A stretch of 64,000 nt of DNA. Origin: an uncultured Gammaproteobacteria bacterium. Its GTDB lineage: Bacteria > Pseudomonadota > Gammaproteobacteria > DRLM01. Position numbers and translations under genes: made by a program. Below, piece after piece: positions 42,739 to 51,899 of the stretch (its first letter is position 1; the number at the start of each line of letters is the position of its first letter). The notes under the pieces were generated by a model, which did not search any database, was not told the origin of the DNA, and was given only the letters and a program-made list of their open reading frames with translations. The stretch covers positions 544,001-608,000 of the forward strand of contig CAVSNY010000007.1 in assembly GCA_963729605.1 (NCBI GenBank), written 5' to 3'.

Positions 42739-43668
42739 TCATTTCGAGTGCTTCTCTTCGTACATCTGTTTGTCGGCGGCTAAGCAGGCACCAACGAGTC
42801 CGACCGCCGGGTCGCGCATGGCGAGGCCAATGGAAGCCTTGACGTTCGCTTCGCTTAGCGCCGTCCGAACACGCTTGAGGAACGTCTGCGCGTCGGAACG
42901 GTCGCATTCGGCGAGGAGGATGCCGAACTCATCTCCCCCCAGACGCGCAACGATGTCGCTTGTCCGGGCAACGTTGCGCAATGCAGCGCTCGCGCGCACG
43001 ATGAGCGCATCGCCTGCCGCGTGCCCCTCCCTGTCATTCACTGCTTTCATGTCGTCCAAATCAATGATCAAAACTGCCGCAGGATGGCCATACCGGAGGC
43101 AGCGCTCCTCTTCGGAGGCCAATAGGCGATCCCAACCGCGCCGGTTGTACAAACCCGTCAGTTCGTCCGTCAACGCCTCGACTTGGAGTTTCTCGGAACG
43201 GCGGGTCTCCTCTGCGGCCTTAAGCTCAGCCTGAAGAATCGTGCTCAACATGGCTGCGAGCAACTCCACGAGTTCTTGCTCTTCGACGATCGACTCGGGT
43301 TGGGGCGAGGGGTGAATTGCACATAGCGTCCCAAACAGGCTCCCGTCCGAGCGCACCAAAGGCAGACCGACATACGACCCGATCTGGACCTGACGCCCGA
43401 TCGGCGCCCCTTCATATGCAGGGACGTCCGCCGAACGCGGCGCAATGCGGGGGCCGTTACCCTTGACCATCTCGGAGCAAAATGAATCGGCCCAACGAAA
43501 AACCGTACCCGGCTCGACGCCGTAACCGTGATCCTCGCTCTGCAGCACGATCCAGTCGTCACCCTCTGTCCGGGTGACCATCCAGAGATCGAAACCCAAT
43601 CGCCGGTGGAGAAATGAAAGCACCTCCCGCCCGGCTGATTCGAAATCCCTGATGCAATCCGTATTCAT
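42739..43668 (-). CDS. Gene cassette: GAF-GGDEF diguanylate cyclase
   Basis: GAF (FGTLCAI), DELTGLYNRR, GGDEF. Confidence 0.9.
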   Translation of the reverse strand: MNTDCIRDFESAGREVLSFLHRRLGFDLWMVTRTEGDDWIVLQSEDHGYGVEPGTVFRWADSFCSEMVKGNGPRIAPRSADVPAYEGAPIGRQVQIGSYVGLPLVRSDGSLFGTLCAIHPSPQPESIVEEQELVELLAAMLSTILQAELKAAEETRRSEKLQVEALTDELTGLYNRRGWDRLLASEEERCLRYGHPAAVLIIDLDDMKAVNDREGHAAGDALIVRASAALRNVARTSDIVARLGGDEFGILLAECDRSDAQTFLKRVRTALSEANVKASIGLAMRDPAVGLVGACLAADKQMYEEKHSK

Positions 43669-43688
43669 TTTACGCCTCTCTATAAACC

Positions 43689-43776
43689 GCCCAACGTCGC
43701 CGTTCAGAGGCCGCGTCAGCGGCGCGAAGCGCAGCCCAGCTGGCAAGCGGTCCACTGCAACGGCTGGCTATTATGT
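43689..43776 (-). mobile_element. attC site
   Basis: ACATAAT-agccagccgttgcag...ctgaacggcgac-GTTGGGC, 88 bp. Confidence 0.8.
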
Positions 43777-43777
43777 C

Positions 43778-44200
43778 TCACTCTTGGACAACCCACTCGG
43801 GATTCCACGCCACTTCCCACAGATGCCCGTCAGGGTCTTGGAAGTAGCCCGCGTAACCACCCCAAAAGGTGTCGTGCGCTGGCTTCACGACAACTGCACC
43901 CGCTCTCCTGGCCTGGTCCATAACTGTGTCGACTTCGACTTTCGAGGAGACGTTGTGCCCAATGGTGAAATCGGTCGCGTTTGGGTTGCCAAGAGCGATC
44001 CCGGTATCGTGCGCAATGCTCTTTCGCGGCCAAAGCGCGAGCTTCAAACCGGCCTCGAGCTCGAAGAAAGCCACTGCGCCATGCTCGAACTGTGTGCCGA
44101 CAACGCCCTCGGTCTTCAAGCACAGACCGTCACGGTAGAACCGGACTGCCCTTTGTAGATCGTCAACACCGAGAGTGATGAGCGTTATCCGGGGTTTAAT
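43778..44200 (-). CDS. Gene cassette: VOC/glyoxalase family protein, start codon reads ATT
   Basis: (I)KPRITLITLGVDDLQRAVRFYRDGL...FWGGYAGYFQDPDGHLWEVAWNP. Confidence 0.8.
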   Translation of the reverse strand: MKPRITLITLGVDDLQRAVRFYRDGLCLKTEGVVGTQFEHGAVAFFELEAGLKLALWPRKSIAHDTGIALGNPNATDFTIGHNVSSKVEVDTVMDQARRAGAVVVKPAHDTFWGGYAGYFQDPDGHLWEVAWNPEWVVQE

Positions 44201-44218
44201 GCGCTGACGCTCCGTGAG

Positions 44219-44439
44219 GCATAACTCAAAGTAGACCCCAATATCGGGGTGTTATAACACACCATTTTAGTACCTAGTCCCGCTGATATAGCTATAAGCC
44301 TGTGCTTCAATTGGCCTCAGCCTATATCAATCCGTAAAAGTACACCACTAAACGCACGGAGAAATAGGGCGTGAAGAACTAGCCGAGTCTTATGATCGAG
44401 CTCGTCGCGCTAGTGGCATGAGGGTGACCGAATATTCTC
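44219..44439 (-). repeat. attI/promoter-like block, copy B
   Basis: Second copy, ending ...TCTACTTTGA GTTATGC. Confidence 0.8.
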
Positions 44440-44598
44440 TTACCCCCGCAACGCCTCAATCAACTTCCGCAATGCCTGCCCGCGATGGCTCAAACTGTTC
44501 TTGATGTAAGGCGTTAATTCGGCGGAGGAGCAGTCGTGGGTGGGGACGTAGAACACCGGGTCGTAGCCGAAGCCGTTTTCGCCGCGCGGTGAAAACAG
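44440..44598 (-). pseudogene. rdgB: Duplicated rdgB 3' end, copy B
   Basis: Near-identical to 45850-46008; ends at the REPIN. Confidence 0.9.
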
Positions 44599-44776
44599 CC
44601 TATGTAGGTTGGGTTGAACGTAGTGAAACCCAACATGGAGTTACTGGTGATAACCGCAGACCAGGTGTGCCATGAAGAAACCCATCCCGCCCATTGCGCC
44701 AGTTTTCTGGTAACGCATCAATTAAATTGGCATGTGATGTTGGGCTTCATTTCATTCAGCCCAACCTACAGGACTG
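44598..44776. repeat. GTAG-type REPIN
   Basis: Near-identical to 38941-39118. Confidence 0.85.
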
Positions 44777-44781
44777 AGATG

Positions 44782-45216
44782 TTAGGCCTCATAAAAGCTA
44801 AGTAATCCATGCTGACGCACCCATACAATGAATTTCTCGGCCTCTTGCGGCAACTTACGCCCACATAGTTGAAAGTTAACGACCGCCCGAACGAGCATTA
44901 AGACTGCGGCTTCGTCATCAAACGTAAACCGATCTTCTGCTGCGACCTTTGCGTGCTTTAAGGCGTTCCGAAGTTTGGACGCACGACCATACAGCGCTTC
45001 CTCTGACAGATTCAAGCCTCGGCGCTCACTCTCGTCATACATCATTCGAAGAATGTTCTTCTTTCCCGCGCGCCGCAGAATATTTCCACAGATCTCTTCC
45101 GCCGCACCTGCGAGAGTCATTACAGATACCAAGTCGCCATGCAGGAAATACAAGTCGCAGGCGGTCCTGATTTGACGCTCTGCCGCTTTCAGCTTCGTTA
45201 AGGCGTGCCGTGCCAT
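44782..45216 (-). CDS. Gene cassette: HEPN-like hypothetical protein
   Basis: AAERQIRTA, TLAGAAEEI, RNALKH (Rx4H); stop overlaps GCCTAAC of a truncated attC. Confidence 0.65.
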   Translation of the reverse strand: MARHALTKLKAAERQIRTACDLYFLHGDLVSVMTLAGAAEEICGNILRRAGKKNILRMMYDESERRGLNLSEEALYGRASKLRNALKHAKVAAEDRFTFDDEAAVLMLVRAVVNFQLCGRKLPQEAEKFIVWVRQHGLLSFYEA

Positions 45217-45223
45217 TGGTAAG

Positions 45224-45286
45224 GCCTACCATGGAGCTAAGGGGCTGCGCGCTTTTGCGCAGTCCCACTTGAGCGCAGGGTTAGAC
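45224..45286 (-). mobile_element. attC site
   Basis: GTCTAAC-cctgcgctcaagtgggactgcgcaaaagcgcgcagccccttagctccat-GGTAGGC, 63 bp. Confidence 0.85.
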
Positions 45287-45619
45287 CTTTGCTTTGAGTT
45301 TTGCACGAATAACAGATTTTGCCTTTTCATCTGCGCTGTCCCAAAGTGCGAATAGTCCGAATGCATAGAGCCGTTCGTTCATTGTCATACCATTGATGCC
45401 TTCAATTGCTTCAGCCTTAAACTGAATCCAGTCTTGGTAGAATTTATTTGAAACGTTAGTCTCTTTAAACCACACATTGCCGTGCCATTTTCCAACGACA
45501 TAGCTCAATTTTTCAATTGAATCTTCATTTCTTTTCCATTCATCAATCCAATAAGCCAACTGATTTCTTAGATCGGATTCACTGTCGGGAAGGGATTGGA
45601 CAAGATCGTCGAGGTTCAT
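45281..45619 (-). CDS. Gene cassette: hypothetical protein
   Basis: AT-rich ORF whose stop lies in the attC R'' box; GMTMNERLYAFGL motif. Confidence 0.75.
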   Translation of the reverse strand: MNLDDLVQSLPDSESDLRNQLAYWIDEWKRNEDSIEKLSYVVGKWHGNVWFKETNVSNKFYQDWIQFKAEAIEGINGMTMNERLYAFGLFALWDSADEKAKSVIRAKLKAKV

Positions 45620-45628
45620 CGGATAAAT

Positions 45629-45849
45629 GCCTAATCAAAGTAGACCCCAATATTGGGGTGTTATAACACACCATTTTTAGTACCTAATCCCGCTGATATA
45701 GCCATAACCCTGTGTCTTAATTGGCCTCAGCCTATATCAATCCGTAAAAGTACACCATTAAACGCACCGAGAAATAGGGCGTGAAGAACTAGCCGAATCG
45801 TATGATGGGGCTTATCGCTCTAGTGGCGTGAGGGTGGCCGACTATTCTC
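45629..45849 (-). repeat. attI/promoter-like block, copy C (next to intact rdgB)
   Basis: Third copy, ending ...TCTACTTTGA TTAGGC. Confidence 0.8.
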
Positions 45850-46440
45850 TTACCCCCGCAACGCCTCGATCAACTTCCGCAATGCCTGCCCGCGATGGCT
45901 CAAGCTGTTTTTGATGTCGGGCGTTAATTCGGCGGAGGAGCAGTCGTGGGTGGGGACGTAGAACACCGGGTCGTAGCCGAAGCCGTTTTCGCCGCGCGGT
46001 GAAAACAGGATGCGGCCTTCCCAGGTGCCTAGACAGATGAGCGGGGTGGGGTCGGCGGCGTGGCGCAGATACACCATCACGCATTGGAAGCGTGCGCCGC
46101 GTCGTGGTTCGGGTACGTCGGCGAGATCGGTCAGGAGTTTGTTCACGTTGTCGCGGTCGTTGGCGGCGGGGCCGGCGTAGCGCGATGAATAAATGCCGGG
46201 CGCGCCATTGAGGGCGTCGACTTCCAGACCGGAGTCGTCGGCGATGGCGGGCAGGCCGGTGTGTTGCGCGGCGTTGCGCGCTTTGAGGATGGCGTTTTCG
46301 ACGAAGGTGAGGCCGGTTTCTTCCGCTTCGATGACGCCGAATTGCGATTGAGGTTCGACGTGAAGATCGAGACCCGCGAGCAGTTGGTTGATCTCGCGGA
46401 CCTTGCCGGTGTTGCCGGTGGCGAGCACGATTTTTTTCAT
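45850..46440 (-). CDS. rdgB: dITP/XTP pyrophosphatase
   Basis: [29 protein letters not shown]. Confidence 0.96.
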   Translation of the reverse strand: MKKIVLATGNTGKVREINQLLAGLDLHVEPQSQFGVIEAEETGLTFVENAILKARNAAQHTGLPAIADDSGLEVDALNGAPGIYSSRYAGPAANDRDNVNKLLTDLADVPEPRRGARFQCVMVYLRHAADPTPLICLGTWEGRILFSPRGENGFGYDPVFYVPTHDCSSAELTPDIKNSLSHRGQALRKLIEALRG

Positions 46441-46561
46441 CGGGAAAAATGTTCCAACGCAAAGGCGCACGGATGCGAAGTATCGGTTTCAATCAGCAGC
46501 GGATTTTGAATTTCCATTCCTGTCTACCTTCGCGTCTTCGCGCCCTTGCGTCGGATTTGAA

Positions 46562-47278
46562 TTATCCCGCCAGCGCCGCCCGCTGTTTGGCGGTGAGTTC
46601 GGCGATGCCGGTCTTGGCGAGTTCTAGCATGGCTTGCAGTTCGTCCATGCGGAAGGCGTGGCCTTCGGCGGTGCCTTGCACTTCGATGAAGGCGCCGGCC
46701 TCGTTCATCACCACGTTCATGTCGGTCTCGGCGTTGGAGTCTTCGGCGTAGTCGAGGTCGAGCACCGGCACGCCTTTATAAATGCCCACCGACACCGAGG
46801 CCACTTGGCCGTAGAGGGGATTTTTGTTCAGGCCGCCGTTTTTCATCAAATGTTTGACCGCGTCCACTAGCGCCACGTAGCCGCCGGTGATGGAGGCGGT
46901 GCGGGTGCCGCCGTCGGCCTGAATCACGTCGCAGTCGACGGTGATGGTGCGCTCGCCGAGGGCGCTCAAGTCCACCACCGCGCGCAGCGAGCGGCCGATC
47001 AGGCGCTGGATTTCCATGGTGCGGCCGCCTTGTTTGCCCTGCGCGGCCTCGCGCTGGGTGCGTTGGCCGGTGGCGCGCGGCAACATGCCGTATTCGGCGG
47101 TGACCCAGCCCTTGCCGCTGCCTTTGATCCAGCGCGGGGTGCGCTCGTCGACGCTGGCGGTGCACAACACGCGGGTGTCGCCGAACTCCACCAGCACCGA
47201 ACCTTCGGCGTGTTTGGTGTAGTTGCGGGTGAAACTGATAGTGCGGAGCTGATCGGGCTGTCTGCCGCTGGGACGCAT
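46562..47278 (-). CDS. rph: Ribonuclease PH
   Basis: [31 protein letters not shown]. Confidence 0.97.
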   Translation of the reverse strand: MRPSGRQPDQLRTISFTRNYTKHAEGSVLVEFGDTRVLCTASVDERTPRWIKGSGKGWVTAEYGMLPRATGQRTQREAAQGKQGGRTMEIQRLIGRSLRAVVDLSALGERTITVDCDVIQADGGTRTASITGGYVALVDAVKHLMKNGGLNKNPLYGQVASVSVGIYKGVPVLDLDYAEDSNAETDMNVVMNEAGAFIEVQGTAEGHAFRMDELQAMLELAKTGIAELTAKQRAALAG

Positions 47279-47424
47279 CGGGAATCCTATCTGTACTACT
47301 TTGGAAGGGGGGGCATTATAGCCCGCGGGCGGGGTGCGGGCCACGCTAAAAACGCCGGATTTTTCAATTTCCGGCGAAGGGCGTACCATGGCCGATCATT
47401 AAAAATAGCAACGAGGGGTTCGAC

Positions 47425-48291
47425 ATGATACGCAGTATGACGGCATTCGCCCGCCATGAGCGCGAGACGCCGTGGGGGACGCTGACTTGGGAGCTGCGTT
47501 CGGTCAATCACCGCTATCTGGAGGTCTATCCCCGCTTGCCCGACGATTTGCGCGCGCTGGAGACGCCGGTGCGCGAGCGTGTCACCGCCGCCCTGGGTCG
47601 CGGCAAGCTCGAATGTCAGTTGCGCTTTCGTTCCGTGGAGGCCGCGACCGCGGGCTTTTCGCTGGACCGGGATTTGATCGCCGGGCTGGTGGCCGCCACC
47701 GGCGAAGTGACGGCGGCTCTGCCCGCCGCCGCCGCGGTGAATCCCCTCGACGTGTTGCGTTGGCCCGGTGTGGTGCGCGCCGCGCCCCTCGATTATGAAG
47801 GCATCGCCGAGGCGGCGATGGCCGGTCTGAACCTGGCGTTGGCCGAACTGGTGGACACCCGCGAGCGCGAGGGGGCGAAATTACGGGTCCTGATCGAGCA
47901 GCGCTGCGACGCCATTGACACACAAGTCAGCGCGGTGACGCAGCGGGTGCCCGAGGTGCTGGCCCGGCAGCGCGAAAAACTCGTCGCCCGCCTCGCCGAG
48001 GTGCGCGCCGAACTGGACCCGTCGCGCCTGGAGCTGGAGATGGTGTTGTTCAGCCAGCGGTTGGACGTGGGCGAGGAAGTGGATCGCCTCGCCGCCCACA
48101 TCGGCGAGGTGCGGCGGGTGCTCAAACAGAAGGAACCGGTGGGCCGCCGCCTGGATTTTCTGATGCAGGAGCTCAATCGCGAGGCCAATACCTTGGGTTC
48201 CAAATCGGCGGATGTTGAGACCACCCGCGCCTCGGTGGAGCTGAAGGTCTTGATCGAGCAGATGCGAGAGCAGGTGCAGAATATTGAATGA
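47425..48291 (+). CDS. yicC: YicC/YloC family endoribonuclease
   Basis: MIRSMTAF, SVNHRYLE, GRRLDFLMQELNREANTLGSK, QMREQVQNIE. Confidence 0.96.
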   Translation: MIRSMTAFARHERETPWGTLTWELRSVNHRYLEVYPRLPDDLRALETPVRERVTAALGRGKLECQLRFRSVEAATAGFSLDRDLIAGLVAATGEVTAALPAAAAVNPLDVLRWPGVVRAAPLDYEGIAEAAMAGLNLALAELVDTREREGAKLRVLIEQRCDAIDTQVSAVTQRVPEVLARQREKLVARLAEVRAELDPSRLELEMVLFSQRLDVGEEVDRLAAHIGEVRRVLKQKEPVGRRLDFLMQELNREANTLGSKSADVETTRASVELKVLIEQMREQVQNIE

Positions 48292-48471
48292 ACGTCCGCG
48301 ACGGCCCCGCGGCGTCCGCTGATAGCGGCGCAAGTTTATGTCGGTACTGGTTTTCCGCCTTGTGCCCCCTTCGAGGGGCTTCCGATACCATCCAAAAAAA
48401 TTATGTAGCTACAATGTGTAGCTAGGCGTGTAGCTAAGACGCGAAACCGCGATGACGATGATCAGCAGCCT

Positions 48472-48706
48472 GCTTATGGGGGCGCTACCGTTCTTCATCT
48501 TGCTTGTGATCTTTATTGAAGAGTCATGGCATACCATGCGTGTTACAAACGGAGAATGCTTTTTCTCTGAGGTGAAAAATAAATTCCTTCTACAACATCA
48601 TCCTCGTCCACTTCCATAGCCGATTCTTCGATAGGCTCACCTCCAAGCTCTTTAATGAATTCCGCCGTGCCCCAAATCGGGATAGGCAGACTCATGCTCT
48701 GTTGGG
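48472..48706. repeat. ~235-bp direct repeat with 5'-truncated copy of the small gene at 54123
   Basis: Matches 54051-54286 (offset about 5580 bp). Confidence 0.9.
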
Positions 48707-48905
48707 CAGCATCGATCCGGGCGCTGCCGCCTTCGCCAAGGTCAAGGCCGGCGCGAGCCTGATCCAGCTTTACACGGGGCTCGTTTTTCGCGGTTCGAGC
48801 TGGTTTCCGAGACAAGTCCGTTTGCTAAACTTCGTGCGTCTTGGCCGCTATGACTCGCTCGCAGACGACGCGGCGGCGGTGATGGCGGAACCATGGCTGG
48901 AGTAG
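48707..48905 (+). pseudogene. pyrD: Dihydroorotate dehydrogenase C-terminal fragment
   Basis: AAFAKVKAGASLIQLYTGLVFRG. Confidence 0.7.
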
Positions 48906-49035
48906 CCACCCGCCCAAGCGTGCGGCCGAGACTCTCTTTTGTCTTTTCCTGTGGCCACCCCTTGTCATAGCACCAGTAAAAGTCAGGGCGAACATTTTCG
49001 CTTTTTACTTGATTTATAATCAGTGGTTTCTATAC

Positions 49036-49178
49036 TAGAAACTATCTCAAAATTGGGATATAGACTTCAAGCCGGTTAACTGTTTGCGCTCCATATCAGT
49101 ATTTCTCGTGAAATAATCAATGTTCATAGGCGTCATATGGGGCGAAGACTCTTAAAATCAATTTTGAGATAAGTTCTA
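49036..49178. mobile_element. MITE-like element, copy 2
   Basis: Terminal inverted repeats TAGAAACTATCTCAAAATTG / CAATTTTGAGATAAGTTCTA; related to 32312-32441. Confidence 0.75.
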
Positions 49179-49218
49179 ATCAAGTTGACTTCCACTGGAA
49201 TCCCAAGGAGGGGCGGCA

Positions 49219-51306
49219 ATGCAGATTCTCAATCTCATCTACGATAAGATCAATGAAGTCATCGGCGGCACCAGCGAAAATCAATTTTTTACGTTGATGC
49301 TACCGGGAACGCTTCTTAACAAGGCGGACTTCACGAGCGGCACGAAGGCCAAGATCGCGATCCAGGAATCCAATCTCGTCCATGGTCTGCTCGACCTTGC
49401 CCAGGTTGTTCCGTCGCACAACGGGCGCAAGCTTTTCCGGCAGTACGAGTCGGCGCTTAGCGCCCTGCTGCCGAAGCTCGATCCGCAGGTGGAAACCTGG
49501 CGCAAGGGTTTGCGCCAGATGCTCGATCAGCAGATCGAGGTCACCATTGATGGCAACAAGGCATCGATGAAAAAGCTGGATTATTTCAATCGGTTGGTCG
49601 ATCAGTACGACCAGGCCGTCGCCGACTGGGAGGGTCAACAGCATAAGAAGCGGGACAGCCTGCTTGCCGATCCCAACATAAAGGACGCGACCAAGCGCGA
49701 GGATGCATTCGATGCCTGGTACAGCGACAACTACCGGGCGACGGAGGCGAAGATTCAGCACGCCTATCAACAGACGACCGCCGTCCTGTCGCCGGACGAG
49801 CAGACGCTGATCGACCGTGTGCTGGGCAGCGGCGATACCAGCCTGATGGACGCCGCCGAAATCTTGCGGTCGGCGCCTGTCCAATATCCCCAGGGCGTCG
49901 CCTATCCGGTCGAGTTCACCCCCGGCAACTGGCCGAACCTGTTGGACAGCGACTTCGCCTACGTCGATCTGCTTGCGTCTCCGGAAGCGGTCGCCAACAA
50001 ACTCGACGTGCAGCAGCAGATCGTCCAGGATTCCATCGACCGTCTCAATGCCCTCACCGTTAATATGCCGACTGACCTGCAAAGCGATCTCGATGCGCTG
50101 ACGCAGGCGCAGAGCGCCTATCAGGACGCGCAGGACAGTTTGCTGACGACCTACACCCGGAATGCAGCGACCGCGGTGAAGATCTATCTATCGAAAACGC
50201 AGTCTAAGAAAGACGACCAGGCATCCAAGACCAAAAACGTCAACGGCATTCTCGGTGGACTCGAGAAGGATTCTCCTTCCTCCGACGCGGATGAGGGCAA
50301 GACTGGCAGAGGCGGGACATTGACGGACGATGACGTCAATAAGATCATGGACGGGCAAAAAACTTTGATTGCGGCGCAGAGCAAGGTTCAGGCGACCGGC
50401 CTAAACATGGCAGACGCCGCGAACAAGGTCGGGCGCGACGAGGCAGAATACATGGATTTGCACATCTATGTGGATAAGCTCGCCGCCGCGCTCAAACAGG
50501 TCGTCGCATTGCGCAAGCAGCTAGATATCACGGCGAACGTGCCGTCGGACAGTGTGATCAACAAGATCTATCCGGACGCGAAATCCGAGGCTTTCACCGA
50601 GGCGCTGGTCACCTTCCAAAAGCAGGACATGTCGGATCAGTCCACCCTGACGACGAGCTTTTCACAGACGAGCTGGTCAGTCGACCTGTTCTTCGGCAGC
50701 GCCAGCGGCACCAAGTCAAAACAACAAACCGACTTCACCCACGACGTTATGTCGGACAGCACTGATTTCCAAATCGGCATGCTGCTGGCGAAGGTTGAGA
50801 TCGACCGGTCCTGGTTCGATCCCGGCATCTTCGACCGCACCCAGGACATGCACCGGATCGGCGCGACACCGATCTCGCACGGCCCCCTGAAACCGGAGCA
50901 GTTCAAGAACGCGAACAGCACGATCCTGCCGACCTTCCCGACCGCCTTTGTGATTGCCAAGGACATCACGATCAAGATCGCCATTGAGGCGGGAAAGACC
51001 AGCCAGGCCTCGCACGTGCTGGATACTCACGAGTCGGAGAGCGGTGGGTTCCTCTGCTTTAGCGTCTCGCATGTGGCCGCCGACCACGAGGAAAGCAAGG
51101 TGTTCTCCTCGCACGTGGAGGGGACCAACGTCGTGATCCGCATCCCGGCGCCGCAGATCATCGGCTGGTACCAAGAGTTCGTGCCGCTCGATCAAAGCAC
51201 GGAGCTGACCGACGTCGACGAGGCTTCGCTGTCGGGCTTCCTGTCCAGCTACCAGCGGGTGGTCGCGGGCGCCGCGGGGCAGCAAAACTTGCGGCAGGCG
51301 GTCTGA
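49219..51306 (+). CDS. 695-aa hypothetical protein: helical/coiled-coil N-part, beta-rich C-terminal domain (candidate pore-former)
   Basis: AAGGAGG RBS, uninterrupted ORF, no signal peptide, Ser/Thr-rich hairpin-like segments centred on DLFFGS and GGFLCFS. Confidence 0.8.
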   Translation: MQILNLIYDKINEVIGGTSENQFFTLMLPGTLLNKADFTSGTKAKIAIQESNLVHGLLDLAQVVPSHNGRKLFRQYESALSALLPKLDPQVETWRKGLRQMLDQQIEVTIDGNKASMKKLDYFNRLVDQYDQAVADWEGQQHKKRDSLLADPNIKDATKREDAFDAWYSDNYRATEAKIQHAYQQTTAVLSPDEQTLIDRVLGSGDTSLMDAAEILRSAPVQYPQGVAYPVEFTPGNWPNLLDSDFAYVDLLASPEAVANKLDVQQQIVQDSIDRLNALTVNMPTDLQSDLDALTQAQSAYQDAQDSLLTTYTRNAATAVKIYLSKTQSKKDDQASKTKNVNGILGGLEKDSPSSDADEGKTGRGGTLTDDDVNKIMDGQKTLIAAQSKVQATGLNMADAANKVGRDEAEYMDLHIYVDKLAAALKQVVALRKQLDITANVPSDSVINKIYPDAKSEAFTEALVTFQKQDMSDQSTLTTSFSQTSWSVDLFFGSASGTKSKQQTDFTHDVMSDSTDFQIGMLLAKVEIDRSWFDPGIFDRTQDMHRIGATPISHGPLKPEQFKNANSTILPTFPTAFVIAKDITIKIAIEAGKTSQASHVLDTHESESGGFLCFSVSHVAADHEESKVFSSHVEGTNVVIRIPAPQIIGWYQEFVPLDQSTELTDVDEASLSGFLSSYQRVVAGAAGQQNLRQAV

Positions 51307-51325
51307 CCCAGCAGACAGCCGACAC

Positions 51326-51353
51326 GTGAAGGCGGCGCCAGCGCCGCCTTCAC
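51326..51353. terminator. Stem-loop after the 695-aa gene
   Basis: GTGAAGGCGGCGC-CA-GCGCCGCCTTCAC; no U-tract. Confidence 0.5.
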
Positions 51354-51466
51354 TCCGTGCTGGCCGCACTCTCAAACAACAGCGGGGCCGACTAGCGCGC
51401 GCAATCGCCGATGAATGACCCTGGCATTAGCCCAGCAAGCGGCCGGTCAGGTCGATGGAGAGGGAC

Positions 51467-51883
51467 ATGATACTCTGTTTTTCCCAGGACGATCTCGAGG
51501 TCGTTGAGAAGGCGTACGGACAGCAGACGAAGACCTACGGCACGGCGTATTGCTATCTTAAGGACCACTCGTACAACCAATTCCTCGGCCAGCAGGAAAA
51601 CCTATTCATCACGGCGCATGGCAACGAGGACGAGATCGGAAACCAGGGAGCGGGATTCGCGTTGACCCCGGAGCAACTCGCAGCCGTGCTTTCCAAGAGC
51701 GTGTTGCCCGGAAAGTACCAGGGTTCAATTTACGTTTCAGCGTGCGACACGTCGCCGAAATACGTCACTGGTCTCCTCAAGCATATGGGGGGCGACTATA
51801 AGGGCCGCATCTATGGCTGCGTCGGTGACGTCGACCTGGTCATCGAGCCATCGGGGAACAACATGTGGGTCATGGCAAAGTAG
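51467..51883 (+). CDS. Small caspase/CPD-fold (clan CD) peptidase-like protein
   Basis: LFITAHGN and IYVSACDT: strand-His-Gly and strand-Ala-Cys dyad motifs about 40 aa apart. Confidence 0.65.
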   Translation: MILCFSQDDLEVVEKAYGQQTKTYGTAYCYLKDHSYNQFLGQQENLFITAHGNEDEIGNQGAGFALTPEQLAAVLSKSVLPGKYQGSIYVSACDTSPKYVTGLLKHMGGDYKGRIYGCVGDVDLVIEPSGNNMWVMAK

Positions 51884-51899
51884 CCCTGGGACGCGCGTC

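Noticed and set aside
33920-48300. Integron integrase gene
   Set aside because: No ORF with tyrosine-recombinase motifs was found on either strand.
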